From Guillardia theta CCMP2712 (lineage: Eukaryota > Protista > Cryptophyta), in NCBI RefSeq assembly GCF_000315625.1, contig NW_005434627.1, positions 397,295-461,294 on the forward strand: 64,000 nucleotides of DNA, written 5' to 3'. The notes under the pieces are model-generated. The model was given only the letters and a program-made list of their open reading frames with translations. It searched no databases and was not told where the DNA came from. Positions 12,801-30,150 of the stretch are shown piece after piece (position 1 is the stretch's first letter; the number at the start of each line of letters is the position of its first letter). Made by a program: the position numbers and the translations under genes.

Positions 12801-14624
12801 TCTGCACTGGGCGCGGCCTCCTGCAGCCTCCACTCGTCCTCCATGTCCAGGTACGCAAAGTACTCCCTGCTGTCTATGATATCCGACTGCTTCTCCTCCT
12901 CCACGGGCAGCGTCTTGGCTTTCTTCACCTTCTTCTCATTCTCCTCCTCCTCCTCCTCCGCATCCTTCACCACTGGGAACAGTGGCTCTCCAGCAACGAA
13001 GATCGCAATCCACTCCCTCCACTGCTTGTTCGGCACCGTAACGTGCTCTGCTACCTCTCGGTACTCCACCACCTTCCAGACCAAGTCAACCGTCTGCTCA
13101 ACGATCCTCCTGCAGGCGTCGAAGTGTTTCTGCCTCCTCCTCGCCATCCTCTCCTCTTCCAGCTCCTCGAACCGGGACTTCTCCATCTCCAGCTTCACGA
13201 AGTACTCCTTTCTCTTCACCTTGTAGATCTCCGCATCGCGCTCCAGAGCCTCTCGGTACTGCTGCTCCCGCATCCTGCGGTACTGCTCCTCCCTCCTCAG
13301 ACGAGCTTGACGCATCGCCTCCTTCTGCGCCAGCACTCGGTGCAGGTCCTCGGCGATCTTCGCCTCCTGCACGCTCTGACGGATGAGCTTCTCGTTCAGC
13401 TGCTCCTCCTTCTTCCTGTTCTCCATCTCCTTCTGGGTCCTCATCTGCTCCACCAGCACCCTCCTCCTCCTCCGGTCCCTCTCCTTCCTTGCGATCTCGT
13501 CCTCCTGCCGTTTCTGCTGCACCTTAATCATGTAGTGCTCGCTGTCAGCCCGCAGCTCATCTCCTCTGGGGATCTTCCCCGTCAGTGACTGCAGGAACTC
13601 CTGTGGCGTCCTGCTGTCCGTCATCCCCAGCATCGCCTCGTCAACTGGCGTGTCAACGAAGTCCTGGACGCGCCGCAAAGACTCCTCGAATGAGTCGATT
13701 CCTTCCTCCACCTGCTCGGCCGCCTCCAAGTTCTCCATCCCCTTCCTCCTCCGCTCCTTCTCCCGCATCGCAAGCTCCAACCGAAGGTCCCTCCTCTCCC
13801 TCTCCTTCCTCACCGCCTGGTTCTTGGCATGGTTAATCCTCCCCTCCCTCTCCCAGTCCTGCAGGTAGGCTCTGTTCTCCGCCATCTTCAGCCGCAGAGA
13901 GTCTCTCTTGCTCAGCAGCATCTGCTCTCGCTGCAGCGCGTCGATCGCGTTCAGTCGCTCGGCGACGCGCGCCTGCTGTATGGCCTCCTCCTCGAACGGC
14001 CGCAGGTAGTTGGACATCTTAAACTCCCGGGGGTTGGCTGACTTGTACCGCAGCATTTTCGTGAAGGTCTTCTCCTCCATGTCTTTGTACTTCTCCTTGC
14101 TGGAGAGCCTGTTGGTCGTGAGCAGGAGGGCGGTCGACGTCTTCGACCCCTTGCGGAACGGGTTCGAGGACGTCGAGCTGTCCAGCGCGACCTTGATCTG
14201 CTGCAGCAGGCGGAGCGCTGCCCCCGGCTCCTCTGTGATGATCTGGTTGGCATTGTGGCTGTCGAAGTTGATGTTGAGCTCCCGCAGAATGGGCTGCAGC
14301 CGCTCGAAGTTGTTCACTTTGGCATCAGGCGTATCCTTGTTGACAAACTTGTCGAAGTCGGGCTGAATCCCATAGCTCTCGAGCACCTGAGAGGAGGGGC
14401 TTGTCACAAAAGGAGGCTGCGGGAGGCAGGGGAGGGGAGGGAGGGAGGGAGGGAGGGGGGAGGGGGGGGCGGGGAGCAGAGCAGAAGGAAGATCAGGAGG
14501 TTGGGAATGGCAGGAAGACAACCTGTCCGATCTTGTATCCGTTTGCAAACTGCGATTCAACATCCCCTTGCCCCAACCCTTCCATCCCAATCTTCTCTCG
14601 CAGCCATCGTTTGACGATCTCCAT
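5699..14624 (-). CDS. SPEF2: Sperm flagellar protein 2 / central-pair CPC1 homolog (CH-like N-terminus, adenylate-kinase-like domain, EF-hand-like C-terminus)
   Basis: Exon 1 MEIVKRWLREKIG..FANGYKIGQ joins VLESYGIQPDFDKF..AKVNNFERLQPIL..IITEEPGAALRLLQQI. The ADK-like region shows LSIAGAPFAGSS and KGYILDGFPATVSQA. Later exons read SELHEQADLLQDELWAVSD, LVDWRRLVFF and MEHLLLYAC. The last exon ends EEEAN-TAA at 5699. Two N gaps hide part of the gene. Confidence 0.88.
10093..10700. other. Assembly gap (others at 8909-9008, 27643-27742, 30800-30899, 35130-35257)
   Basis: Runs of N, mostly adjoining low-complexity tracts. Confidence 1.
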
Positions 14625-15435
14625 GTTTCAAGGGACGAACTAACTGCACAAGAGCGACATCGCAGACCTTCAGTTGGGAGCAAGGTGGAATGATAGTGTA
14701 CCGGTGATGAAACAAGTCACAAGGCTGCGATCCGGCACTCCTGATGCATGCGGGAAAGCCCTGCACACAGCTCAATGAGTTTCTCTACATCCAACCCCTT
14801 TTTGTAAGGTATAAAATCTCCATTGTCATGATCGTTAAAACAACAATCGTCATCCTGGCCCACGTCCATTTGCCAGTTTATCCCTTCAACTTCTTCCCTT
14901 CCGTCTTCTCTCGTCCCCCTGACTTCCCTTGCCTCCTCCTCTTGTCTCCCCGGATCGTTTACTGTCTCATCCTCCCTGCAGCCGTTCTTCATCGCACATC
15001 CTCTTCTCTCCATCTCTCCCTCATCCATTCCTTCCATGCTCTTCCTCCTCCCTCCCTCCTTTATTCCCTTCCTCCTCTTGTTGATCCCTCCCTCCCTCCC
15101 TCCCTCCCTCCCTCCCTCCCTCCCTCCCTCCCTCCCTCTCCCTTTCACCAAAGCTGCCATGTCCGTTGAGCCAACCTCCACTACCCCACCCCAGTAATTT
15201 CATTCTCCCTACACCTATTCATGACCCCTACATTTTCCAGCCCTGACAGCAATGCTGGTCCGGGCCGGTCCGGGCCACAGTACCGTGTAGTGAATTCAAG
15301 CCTCCTCGACTCTCCTGATTGTCCTCGTACTGATTTTTAACTTAACTTTGAGTAAAGGAGACTACAGACAAGGTCAAGATCTGGTCAAGGTTTTATTACA
15401 AACCTTGGCTAGCTCGAGAGTAGTCTGAGCTCGAT

Positions 15436-16362
15436 ATGGCAGTGAATCGGAGAGTGCGGCGCTATGGAGTCAACATGGTGTTCTGCGCGGTGATGTTGCT
15501 GGTTGCCATGAGCTTGACTTCTCACTGTCTTCTCCACAAGCTCATCATGCAGCCAATCATGTTAACCCCTGCGGCAAGACTTGCGGCAAACCTTTCCCTG
15601 CCAAACGAGCACCCGAGGGCGTTTTGCTCGAACGACATGGAACTGTACCGCACGCACATTCGTGACATAATATGTGGGAGATCCACATCAGCCATTCCTC
15701 TTGCAGAGCGATCGGAGCTGATATTCTTGCACATCCCCAAGACTGGAGGAGAGACAATCGAGAGGGCCCTCGATCTCCACAAGAATCATCTCCCTGCCGT
15801 CGATCGAGCAAGGGAGTACGCTCGCCCGCATGTGTCCTTCAGCGTGATTCGAAACCCGTTTGATCGCATGCTCTCTTGGTTTCGGTTTTGTCTTCATGGA
15901 TGGAGGGGACAGCTGCCGGACCCTAAGAAACAGTGTATGCTCGCTCACCGACTCATCAATGCGTTTCCAGGGAAGCACAACGTGAGCACAGTGGGGAGAG
16001 CGTTTGAAGCATGGCTTGAGACCACCTTGGGGTCACCGGAATGGCTTCACTACTGGATCTTCTTTCCTTACGCCATCTTCCTAGGAGGCCCAAACTTGAA
16101 GGTGGATTTCTTATTACGCTTCGAGCATCTCTCTTCGGATTTGCTCGTCCTCGCAGCCGCGCTGCAGCGGAATGTCACCATGCTGCCGCATGAGAACTCT
16201 TCCTCAGATTGGAAGCGAGGAATGATTGAGGGTATGGAAGTAGACCAAGAAATCATGACCATTCTTAGGTATCACTACTCCCTGATCTATACCAGCACAG
16301 CCAAGAAACTTGTGGAAGTCTGGTATCAGAATGATCTAACAAACTTCGGTTATTCTTTTTGA
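15436..16362 (+). CDS. Golgi-type sulfotransferase (Sulfotransfer_2 family), intronless, N-terminal membrane anchor
   Basis: 5'-PSB motif LIFLHIPKTGGETIE, 3'-PB motif SVIRNPFDRMLSW, VDFLLRFEHL and C-terminal YQNDLTNFGYSF. Hydrophobic anchor VFCAVMLLVAMSL. Confidence 0.9.
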   Translation: MAVNRRVRRYGVNMVFCAVMLLVAMSLTSHCLLHKLIMQPIMLTPAARLAANLSLPNEHPRAFCSNDMELYRTHIRDIICGRSTSAIPLAERSELIFLHIPKTGGETIERALDLHKNHLPAVDRAREYARPHVSFSVIRNPFDRMLSWFRFCLHGWRGQLPDPKKQCMLAHRLINAFPGKHNVSTVGRAFEAWLETTLGSPEWLHYWIFFPYAIFLGGPNLKVDFLLRFEHLSSDLLVLAAALQRNVTMLPHENSSSDWKRGMIEGMEVDQEIMTILRYHYSLIYTSTAKKLVEVWYQNDLTNFGYSF

Positions 16363-17220
16363 CGTCTGTGTCTCTCGATGCCAATCCTTTCTTGACAACT
16401 TCCCTCCCGCAAGAATTGTACGAAACCAAAGATGCACTCTCTGAACAAGCAGCTCTGCAATACAACTTTACTTGAAGTTCAACTACGTCCAGCTTTGAGC
16501 GACTCTCTGCGAACAAAAGTCATGATAGACGTGACGATAGTTTTACTCTTGAAGTGAGTGATGACCGTCGAAACAACTTCTGTGCCTTGAGCAAACGGCG
16601 TGATCAAACTGGCGTGTCAAACTCGTCAAAGCAGCTGGAACATAATCTTCAAGTCCGTATAGTTCTAACGGAATGAAGGCAGGAACCTGAAGAACAAAGT
16701 ATGCCCAATCTTGTTGGTGGAACGAAAGATTCTCAAGGAGTGTGTGGAGGCTCTGTTTTGTGCTGGGATGAATGAGTAGATTGGTGTGAGAACAGAGTTT
16801 TATTGCAACACTGTTTAATGTGCAAGTAAGCCTTGAATTTCTCCATATCTTCCATGTTTGATTGAAACTTTCAGGTCTTCAAGCGCAATTCGACCATGTA
16901 CGTTGCAGACTCATCTGGTCAAGTTTTAAGATACTGGTTGACACGTCGTGATCACATTTGCCGGAAAGGCGAAAGCATGCAACATGTATAAACATCGAAG
17001 ATGAGGATGATCGGGATATATCCAAACACAGAGTCGCGTACGTTTGCAGCACTTCTTTCGAGTTTGCAAGCGGAAGCTGTTGTATAGACAGTAAGAGCAT
17101 CAGGAGTGTTGCACCGGGAGGAGGGATTACGAACTTTCTTTCTGCACGTATGTCGCTACAGGACTGAAGAAAAAGAAAGTTCGTATTGTCTTCGTACACT
17201 GAAAAATCAGTCAGGAGCAT
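16350..17220 (-). CDS. Possible multi-exon hypothetical gene
   Basis: Minus-strand coding-like blocks (MLLTDFSVYEDNTNF.., AQNRASTHSLRIFRSTNK.., ESRSKLDVVELQ..) are separated by ~50-nt GT..AG segments. No recognisable domain and the model is unresolved. Confidence 0.35.
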
Positions 17221-17319
17221 CCGGGGGAGTCTCCAAGTCAGAGGCCCTCGGTCGCGGCAACTGCCATGGTTGGCACTTTCTTTGCTCAAAGTTAAGTTAA
17301 AGATCAGTACGAGGACAAT

Positions 17320-18290
17320 CAGGAGAGTCGAGCCAGGCTGAGCCTGAGGCCCCTTGCCAGGACTGACTGACCGTACCCTGACACCGTGGCAGTGAGCCTC
17401 GGCCCGGCGGCGTACTCCCGGGCGGAGCCTTGGATTGACGGACCGCCGGACTGGCTTTGAGCCGCAAAGGCCCGGTTGCTTGAAGCCCGGTGGGCGTGAC
17501 CGTGCCGGGCTCCGGCCCGGCGGCGCCACCGTGCGGGTTCAATTCAAGTTCACGGCGGCCGGCCCGGCCCGGCCGCCCGGCGGCCCGGGGGCCCCACGAC
17601 TGCCGCGTGCTACGGTGTTAAACTTTTCAAACTGCCGCTGTGCAGTCACGGTGCGTGACTGGCCCAGGCTGGCCGCCCGGCCGGGCCCGGCCCCGCAGCA
17701 GTGAGCCGAGTCTGGCCGGGCAGTGTGGCAGTCGGCCCCGGGCCGGGCCCGGCACTGCACTGACGGATGGCACACCGTGCCGGTGTAACCGTGAACACAA
17801 GTTGAACTTAGAACCGTCTTACAACTTGCAAGTTACTCGGTAAGCCGGCGACCCACCACCCGGCGTGCCGGCACCCGTCCGTGCCGCTCAGCACCCTGAT
17901 CGGACCGTCGGACCGTTTTCGGAAGTCACTCCGACTCCCTGAGTCTCAGCACTACCGGGTAGTGACGGTCAGCAGTCGGCCCCCGCCGCGCTCCGCCGTT
18001 CCGGGCGGCCACCAACACCGTACGGCGGGTACCGTGCGGTCACCGGGCCGACCATCGCGGCCCAGCGGCCGCTGATGCGGCGGGCAGGCGCCCCGGTCCG
18101 AGCCGCCGCGGCCCGAGCCCCCGGCGAACCGTTGAACCGTGGCTTACCGACGGTGGCGGGCCGGGCGGCGACCACTGTCACTGGCAGTGGCATGGTACGG
18201 TGATCGGACCGAACGGGCCCGGGGGCCCGGGACTAGCCGCTGAGCGTCGGCGGCCACTGTCACTCAGTTAACCCTACTGCCGCAGATTTG
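17320..18290. other. GC-rich, CCGG/palindrome-dense intergenic island
   Basis: About 1 kb built from CCGG, GGCC, CAGT/ACTG, GTGAC/GTCAC, CCGATCGG-like and TTCAAG words. Perfect palindrome GGCCGGGCCCGGCC at 17679-17692. Confidence 0.8.
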
Positions 18291-18848
18291 GGTTAATATT
18301 TGGGTTAATTCAAGAAGAATCTTTCTAGATTAGCCAATATATAGATAGATTAGCCAATATGTCGCTTAAACCACCACCGCTCCTCTCACCTCTCCCCTCC
18401 CCCCCCTCGACCCCTCCTTCGCTTCCCCGCCCCCTTCGCTTCCTCCTCCCCCCCCCTCCCTGCATCGGCGCCGCTCTCCTCCTCCCGGCCCCTTCCTTCC
18501 TCTAGCTTCTCTCACATCTCTTCTACTTGTTCCGACACCTTGTCTTCTCCTCCTGCCCCCCCTCTCTCACCCCCCTACCCCCTGCGTTCGGAGCTTGCTG
18601 TTTTCGGCAACGCTGTCTCTGCAACAGCACCTTGGACGCTGCTGGGTGCTCTTCCCTGTGTAGAACCTCCTTAGTTAGTTTTCAGAACTCCTGCTCTTGC
18701 ACTGGACAGGACGAGATCGGCAGCGGGAGCAACTCCTGTCGCCAGTTCTTGTCAGGTACAGTAACAGTTCTTGGTCTTTCTTGGTTTGCTGACGGGGAGA
18801 TGCTACAGGGCAGTTGTTGGCAACTGACCGGGGCCCGCTCGTGGTGGT

Positions 18849-20645
18849 ATGAGTAGTGGAAAGTCCAGTTCTGTTCTGAGGATGGACAACTTCAAGAGAG
18901 ACAGATCGGACTCGCTGGACCTCCTTGGGTCCTCCCCCAACCAGATCCACGAGCTGGTATGGGACACTGAGCACTTCGACACGGGCAGCAATGATCGCCA
19001 GGAATCCATCGAGAAGATTCACCAGATGCTGAGCAAGAAGATGAGAGACGGGCCAGGACCCAACAGCTACAAGCGAGACGACGGCGACATCCTGGACGCC
19101 TTCTACACCGGAAACGAGAACTCTGGGAATTTGGATGCCCTAGCAGGGAGCTTCGGAGCTGGAAGCTACGGCCTGAGCGACAATCTCGACCTTCATGCCA
19201 ACGACTTCCCGTTTGCAAGGAAAGGGGGAGTGGACGGAGGCTTTTTTGCCATGGACGATGTCGGCACAGACCAGCTCTCCAACTCCTTCAAGGAAGCATG
19301 TTCCTTTGGAAACTCGGAGCCCTCGATGCCCCCGTTCGCTTCCTCTCCCATGCTCAGTGTACAGCCGCAGAGCTCTCAGCCCCCTCACTCGCAGGCTCAT
19401 CTCCCTCAGAACCAAATTTCTTCCCTATCCGCTTCCTCTGCTAACAACAAGGCCAAGAAGGTTTCGAATGTACATGTGTTGCCCACTTCAGCTGCAAGTG
19501 CGGTTGCTGGGCAGTCCGTCATGGACCACACGGCGATGGGTCACGCCAAAGTACTGACGGGAGGGCCCAAGGCGACATCAGCGGCGGGTGAGTCTCCAGG
19601 TTGTGATGTGCGACCTGCCGATCTGTTTTCTGCAGCCATGCTGGGGGGAAATGTACCTTCGTCTGCAGCCATGGCGGCAGCGCTACCTGCCGTCTCAGCT
19701 ATCACAGCAGGTGGGGAGATGTGTTGGTCTGCTACATCCTGCTGACGACTGGAGCAGCGAGCATGCTCGAAGACTCGACTGAGAGGCTTAGTCACAAGGA
19801 GGTACGGACGTGGTGAATGGCTGAGAGCCGATGTCTTACAAGAGCCCAGGTGGAGCAGAGGAGGAGAGAGAAGGCGAAGCAATACTTCGACGAACTGCGC
19901 GCGTTGCTCCCTTGCGGGTGTGGACTAGTGTGCTGAGGATCTTGGTGGTGCGATGATACGAGTGTGGCAGTGCGGACTCCAAGTTCGATAAGAACACAAT
20001 CTTACAGAATACCATTGCGATGATCAAACAGCTACAGGTCAAACAACTCCTTTCTCCTCCTGCTCTTGCTCCTGGTCCTGCTCCTTCTCCTTCTTCTGCA
20101 GCAGGAGCTGCTGTTCTCTATCCTTCTTGTCCCCCCTCCCTCATTCTCTCATTCTGGTGGTATCAGGCGGAGCTCGAACATCATAAGGAAGTCAAACTCG
20201 GAACGAAAGGTCGACCCCCCACCCAGCCGTCCAGCAACGATTTCAAGCAGAGGTGAAACGCTCTCAGTGAATGTCGACAGCGATAGCAAGAGTTGTGGAC
20301 ATGGCGATGGTGGTGGTGGTGGCGATGATGACGATGACGATGACGACCACGACGATGATGACGAAGATGATGATGATGACGACGACGATGACGATGACGA
20401 TGATGATGACGACGACGATTGAGATGATGATGTTTTCGTACTGATGGCTTCTTGTTTCAGTTTCGACATCACCAGACAACCTCTCTGTTTCTGTGGTCTC
20501 GATGGATGTATCTGGGAGAGCAACGCAGCGTTCTGCAACTTGCTTGGGTAGACCTTGCCCCCTCCTCTTGCTATTCTCCTCCCTCTCCTCTCTCTCCCGC
20601 CTCCCTCTCTCCTCTCTCTTCTCCTTCCTCCGCTCTTACGGTCTT

Positions 20646-20685
<40 letters not shown>

Positions 20686-20859
20686 CCATCTGCTGACCTG
20701 CAAGAAAGGTACTCCAAGCAGGAGATCCACGGACTTTCTCTCCTCAACAACACAGCGCCTTGTGATAGCGACGCTTCTTCCCAACACTGGTAGAACCAAG
20801 AAAATGCCTCATCCTTATCCTGCAGCTCCTGCTCCTTGCTCTGCTACCCTTGCCCTGCA

Positions 20860-20910
<51 letters not shown>

Positions 20911-21290
20911 TCTGCTCCTGCTTCTGCTCCTGCTTCTCATCCTGCTACTGCTGCTGCCCCCTTACCATGTGTGTGCTAGGCAACGGCTTATATCATCGGG
21001 CATGTGCAACTCCGCCTTCTACTGCCACCTTATCCGCAAGGACAACCAGCAGCTCATGGTACAGCTAAGGGTTTCCTGGGCATCAGGTGTTGAGAGTGTG
21101 CGGCAGGTGAACATGGACTTGAATCTGCTCCACAAGAGGAACCAGGTAAGAGGTGAAGGACTCGTTGGTAGCTACTGACGCCTCTTCCTCCTCTTCCTGC
21201 TCTTGCTCCTCCACCTGCTCCTCCTCCTCCACCTTCCTTTCTCCACCACAGCCCTACTGCTTCCTTGTTGCCACCAATCCCACGCAGTGA
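18849..21290 (+). CDS. bHLH-PAS transcription factor (single PAS, long low-complexity N-terminus)
   Basis: Spliced bHLH SHKE|VEQRRREKAKQYFDELRALLP..KFDKNTILQNTIAMIKQLQ (19790-20037). PAS exons follow: FDITRQPLCFCGLDGCIWESNAAFCNLLG|YSKQEIHGLSLLNNTAPCD..|AFYCHLIRKDNQQLM|VNMDLNLL..|PYCFLVATNPTQ-TGA. Confidence 0.88.
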
Positions 21291-21677
21291 GATCTTCCTT
21301 GTACAGCTGCCAGACATGCAGTCGAGTTGAGGTGCAAGCATGGTCTGCTGTCTGTGTGTGATATGTTTGCGATCTCTCGTGTTTTGATAACTTGTACGCA
21401 CATCGGTCTTGTGGTCTTGCTCCTTCTTGTGTTGTTTTCAGCTGCTGCCGATTTTTAGCGAGCAAGATCTTTGCTGTTTACCCTCCCTGTCCGTGTGCAG
21501 TTGCGTGTTTTAAGAATAATAAGCTGGGAGCCATTGAATGCTTCCTCTTGATCCTACTTCTTGCTTCCCCATCTCTTCCTCGTCCTCGTCCTCGTAATCA
21601 GTTGCTCGGCTCCTCCCTCTACCTCCCGTCCTCCCCTCCTCAGCCATTGCAACTTCGCTGCTCGCCTCCTCCTCCTC

Positions 21678-24680
<3,003 letters not shown>

Positions 24681-24965
24681 ACTGCTCCATCGCTTTGCCA
24701 CTCACATTTCACGTACAAGTCGCAAAATGCATCTTGCAGATTCAGAGTGCAATCCATATTTCCCTCTATCATTCTCTGGTATAATTCTTTGATTCCTTCC
24801 TTGCTCGATGTCATTAGCTGATCCCCTCGAACTTTCCCTCCTCTCTCTCCTGCTCTCTCCTAATCTTTCTACTTTTTCTGCCCACCTTCTTATCCTCCCT
24901 CCCGTCCTGATACTGTTGCTGTCAATACAGCTCCTGCTCAACCCTGTGCCTGTTCCCCCCACCTT

Positions 24966-25049
<84 letters not shown>

Positions 25050-25164
25050 CTTCCTCTTCCCCCTTCCTCACCTCATCCGCCATGTCGGATGTCCAATTGG
25101 CCCCCATTCCATATAAACTATAAAACTTTCAATTATCTGCTATAAGAATGACAATAAAATATTG

Positions 25165-25560
25165 AAATACCCTGCTCGTATATCTCCGTACCCCCAGCTA
25201 GGGGGGGGGGACGTGGATTTATGAACTACCCCTCCTTCATACTCAAAATCTATAAGAAACTACCCCTATTTTGATACCCCTACCCCCTCAAAAACATTCG
25301 ATCCAACCCCCTAGCTCTTCACTTCCGAAAGGAAAACTCCTCTACAACCCCTGCGAGAATGAGCTGCACCAAAATAGAGGGTGGGGTGGTAAGAAACCTC
25401 TGAAAATGGGGGTACTTTTTAGGTAAATATATGGGTGGCTATCTGATCATTGGGGGTACTGGGTACAAGACTGAGGTTTGTCCTAGTTTGGGACCCAGAA
25501 CATAGTGAAGGAAATCATGGGGGTACTGGAAGCTAAATCAGGGGGTGGGGGTATAGGTAA
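25165..25560. other. Divergent-intergenic spacer with TACCCC tract switching to GGGGTA tract
   Basis: C-run words at 25165-25355 and G-run words at 25378-25560. Confidence 0.7.
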
Positions 25561-25919
25561 CAACGGCCTGATGTTAGCAGCATGCATCGGGGAGTACAGG
25601 ACGAGGGAACAAGCAAGGAGGAGGAGGAGGAGGAGAAGTGATGATGATGATGAGGATGATGATGAGGATGATGATGAGGATGAGGATGAGGATGAGGATG
25701 AGGATGAGGATGAGGATGAGGATGAGGATGAGGATGAGGATGATGAGGAGGAGATAGAGCAGCAGGGCCGCCAGAAGCAGTACCAGTGCGAGAGCATGAT
25801 AATTTCAGACAGACAGGGCATGGCTTCATCATCAAATTGAAAGTAGATATGGAATAAAGTTGAAAGAGAAAGCAAACAAGAGAAGTCTGGTCAGATGTAA
25901 AAGAAATCATGATGTCGAA

Positions 25920-26740
25920 ATGTCAGCGTGGAAGAAGTAGATATCCATCCTAGTCTATCTCATCTGAAAGCTTGCGGAATTGATGGACCTGTTCTCGCAG
26001 GCACGACTAAGACAAGCTCTACAGCATGTCGGGACAGCAAGACTCTGTTACCAGGGACGCGAGCTTTGACTCTCAGGAGAAGAGACTGCTAGAAGAGGCT
26101 TCAAACGAGGAGGGAAGATCCTTCAGAACAAGGATGTGAGTAGCTTCTACTGCTGTCAGCTCCTGCTGACTGCTCGCTCCCGGGCAGGTACAAGTCCCGC
26201 ACGCCGCACGAGCTAACGGCACAGAGTTACAAGCACTGCAAGCGATGCAAGGGGAAGTGCTCGGGGCATGAGGAGGATGGTTCTCCTCCTGCTACTGACA
26301 CAACGAAAGTCCCCTCGTCGTCACTACCCGCTGAGGGAGGAGGGACTTGCGAGGTGCTCAGGAAGGGGCAGACGTGCTACTACAAGGACGCAGTGGGGGG
26401 GATGTACGAGGTGAAGGTGGTCAACGTTGATCACAGCTTGGTTCCTCCGTCATACCTCGTCCGGTTCCAGGACGGGAGGGAGAGGGAGACCGAAAGGTTC
26501 AAGCTGCTCGCGAAGGATGAGGCTGGGAGAGCGAGCGAGGGAAGGAGGGAGGAGGAGATGGCGAGGAGGGAGGAGTCGAGGCAGAGGAGGGAGGAGGTAC
26601 AGGAGAGAAGAGAGCAGCACAAGGCCGCCGGGACGTACAAGCAGCAAGACAAGGACAACTTAGAATCGATAGTCAACGGGCTAACTGCGTTCCCCATGGG
26701 ACTTATCTCCGAGCTCAAACACCAAGTCGACAAGATGTAA
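25920..26740 (+). CDS. Hypothetical protein with small SH3/Tudor-like beta module and charged coiled-coil tail
   Basis: Open terminal exon ~26190-26740 (YKSRTPHEL..CYYKDAVGGMYEVKVVNVDHSLVPPSYLVRFQDGRERETERFKLL..QVDKM-TAA). The upstream small exons are approximate. Confidence 0.6.
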
Positions 26741-26752
26741 CTCCTGCTCCCT

Positions 26753-26787
<35 letters not shown>

Positions 26788-26852
26788 ACTGTTCCTGCTC
26801 CTGCTCCATCCCCCCTGACGTCCTGCCACAGGCGACTGTTTGATCCCTGAGC

Positions 26853-30150
<3,298 letters not shown>

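Noticed and set aside
14717-15181. Upstream ORF as the SPEF2 start or a separate gene
   Set aside because: The family-like N-terminus begins at ATG 14624; the upstream ORF is mostly a GGAG repeat.
17297-18193. Arg/Pro/Gly/Ala-rich ORFs in GC islands (also 37719-38963)
   Set aside because: Stop-codon scarcity is explained by GC content; no motifs or splice structure.
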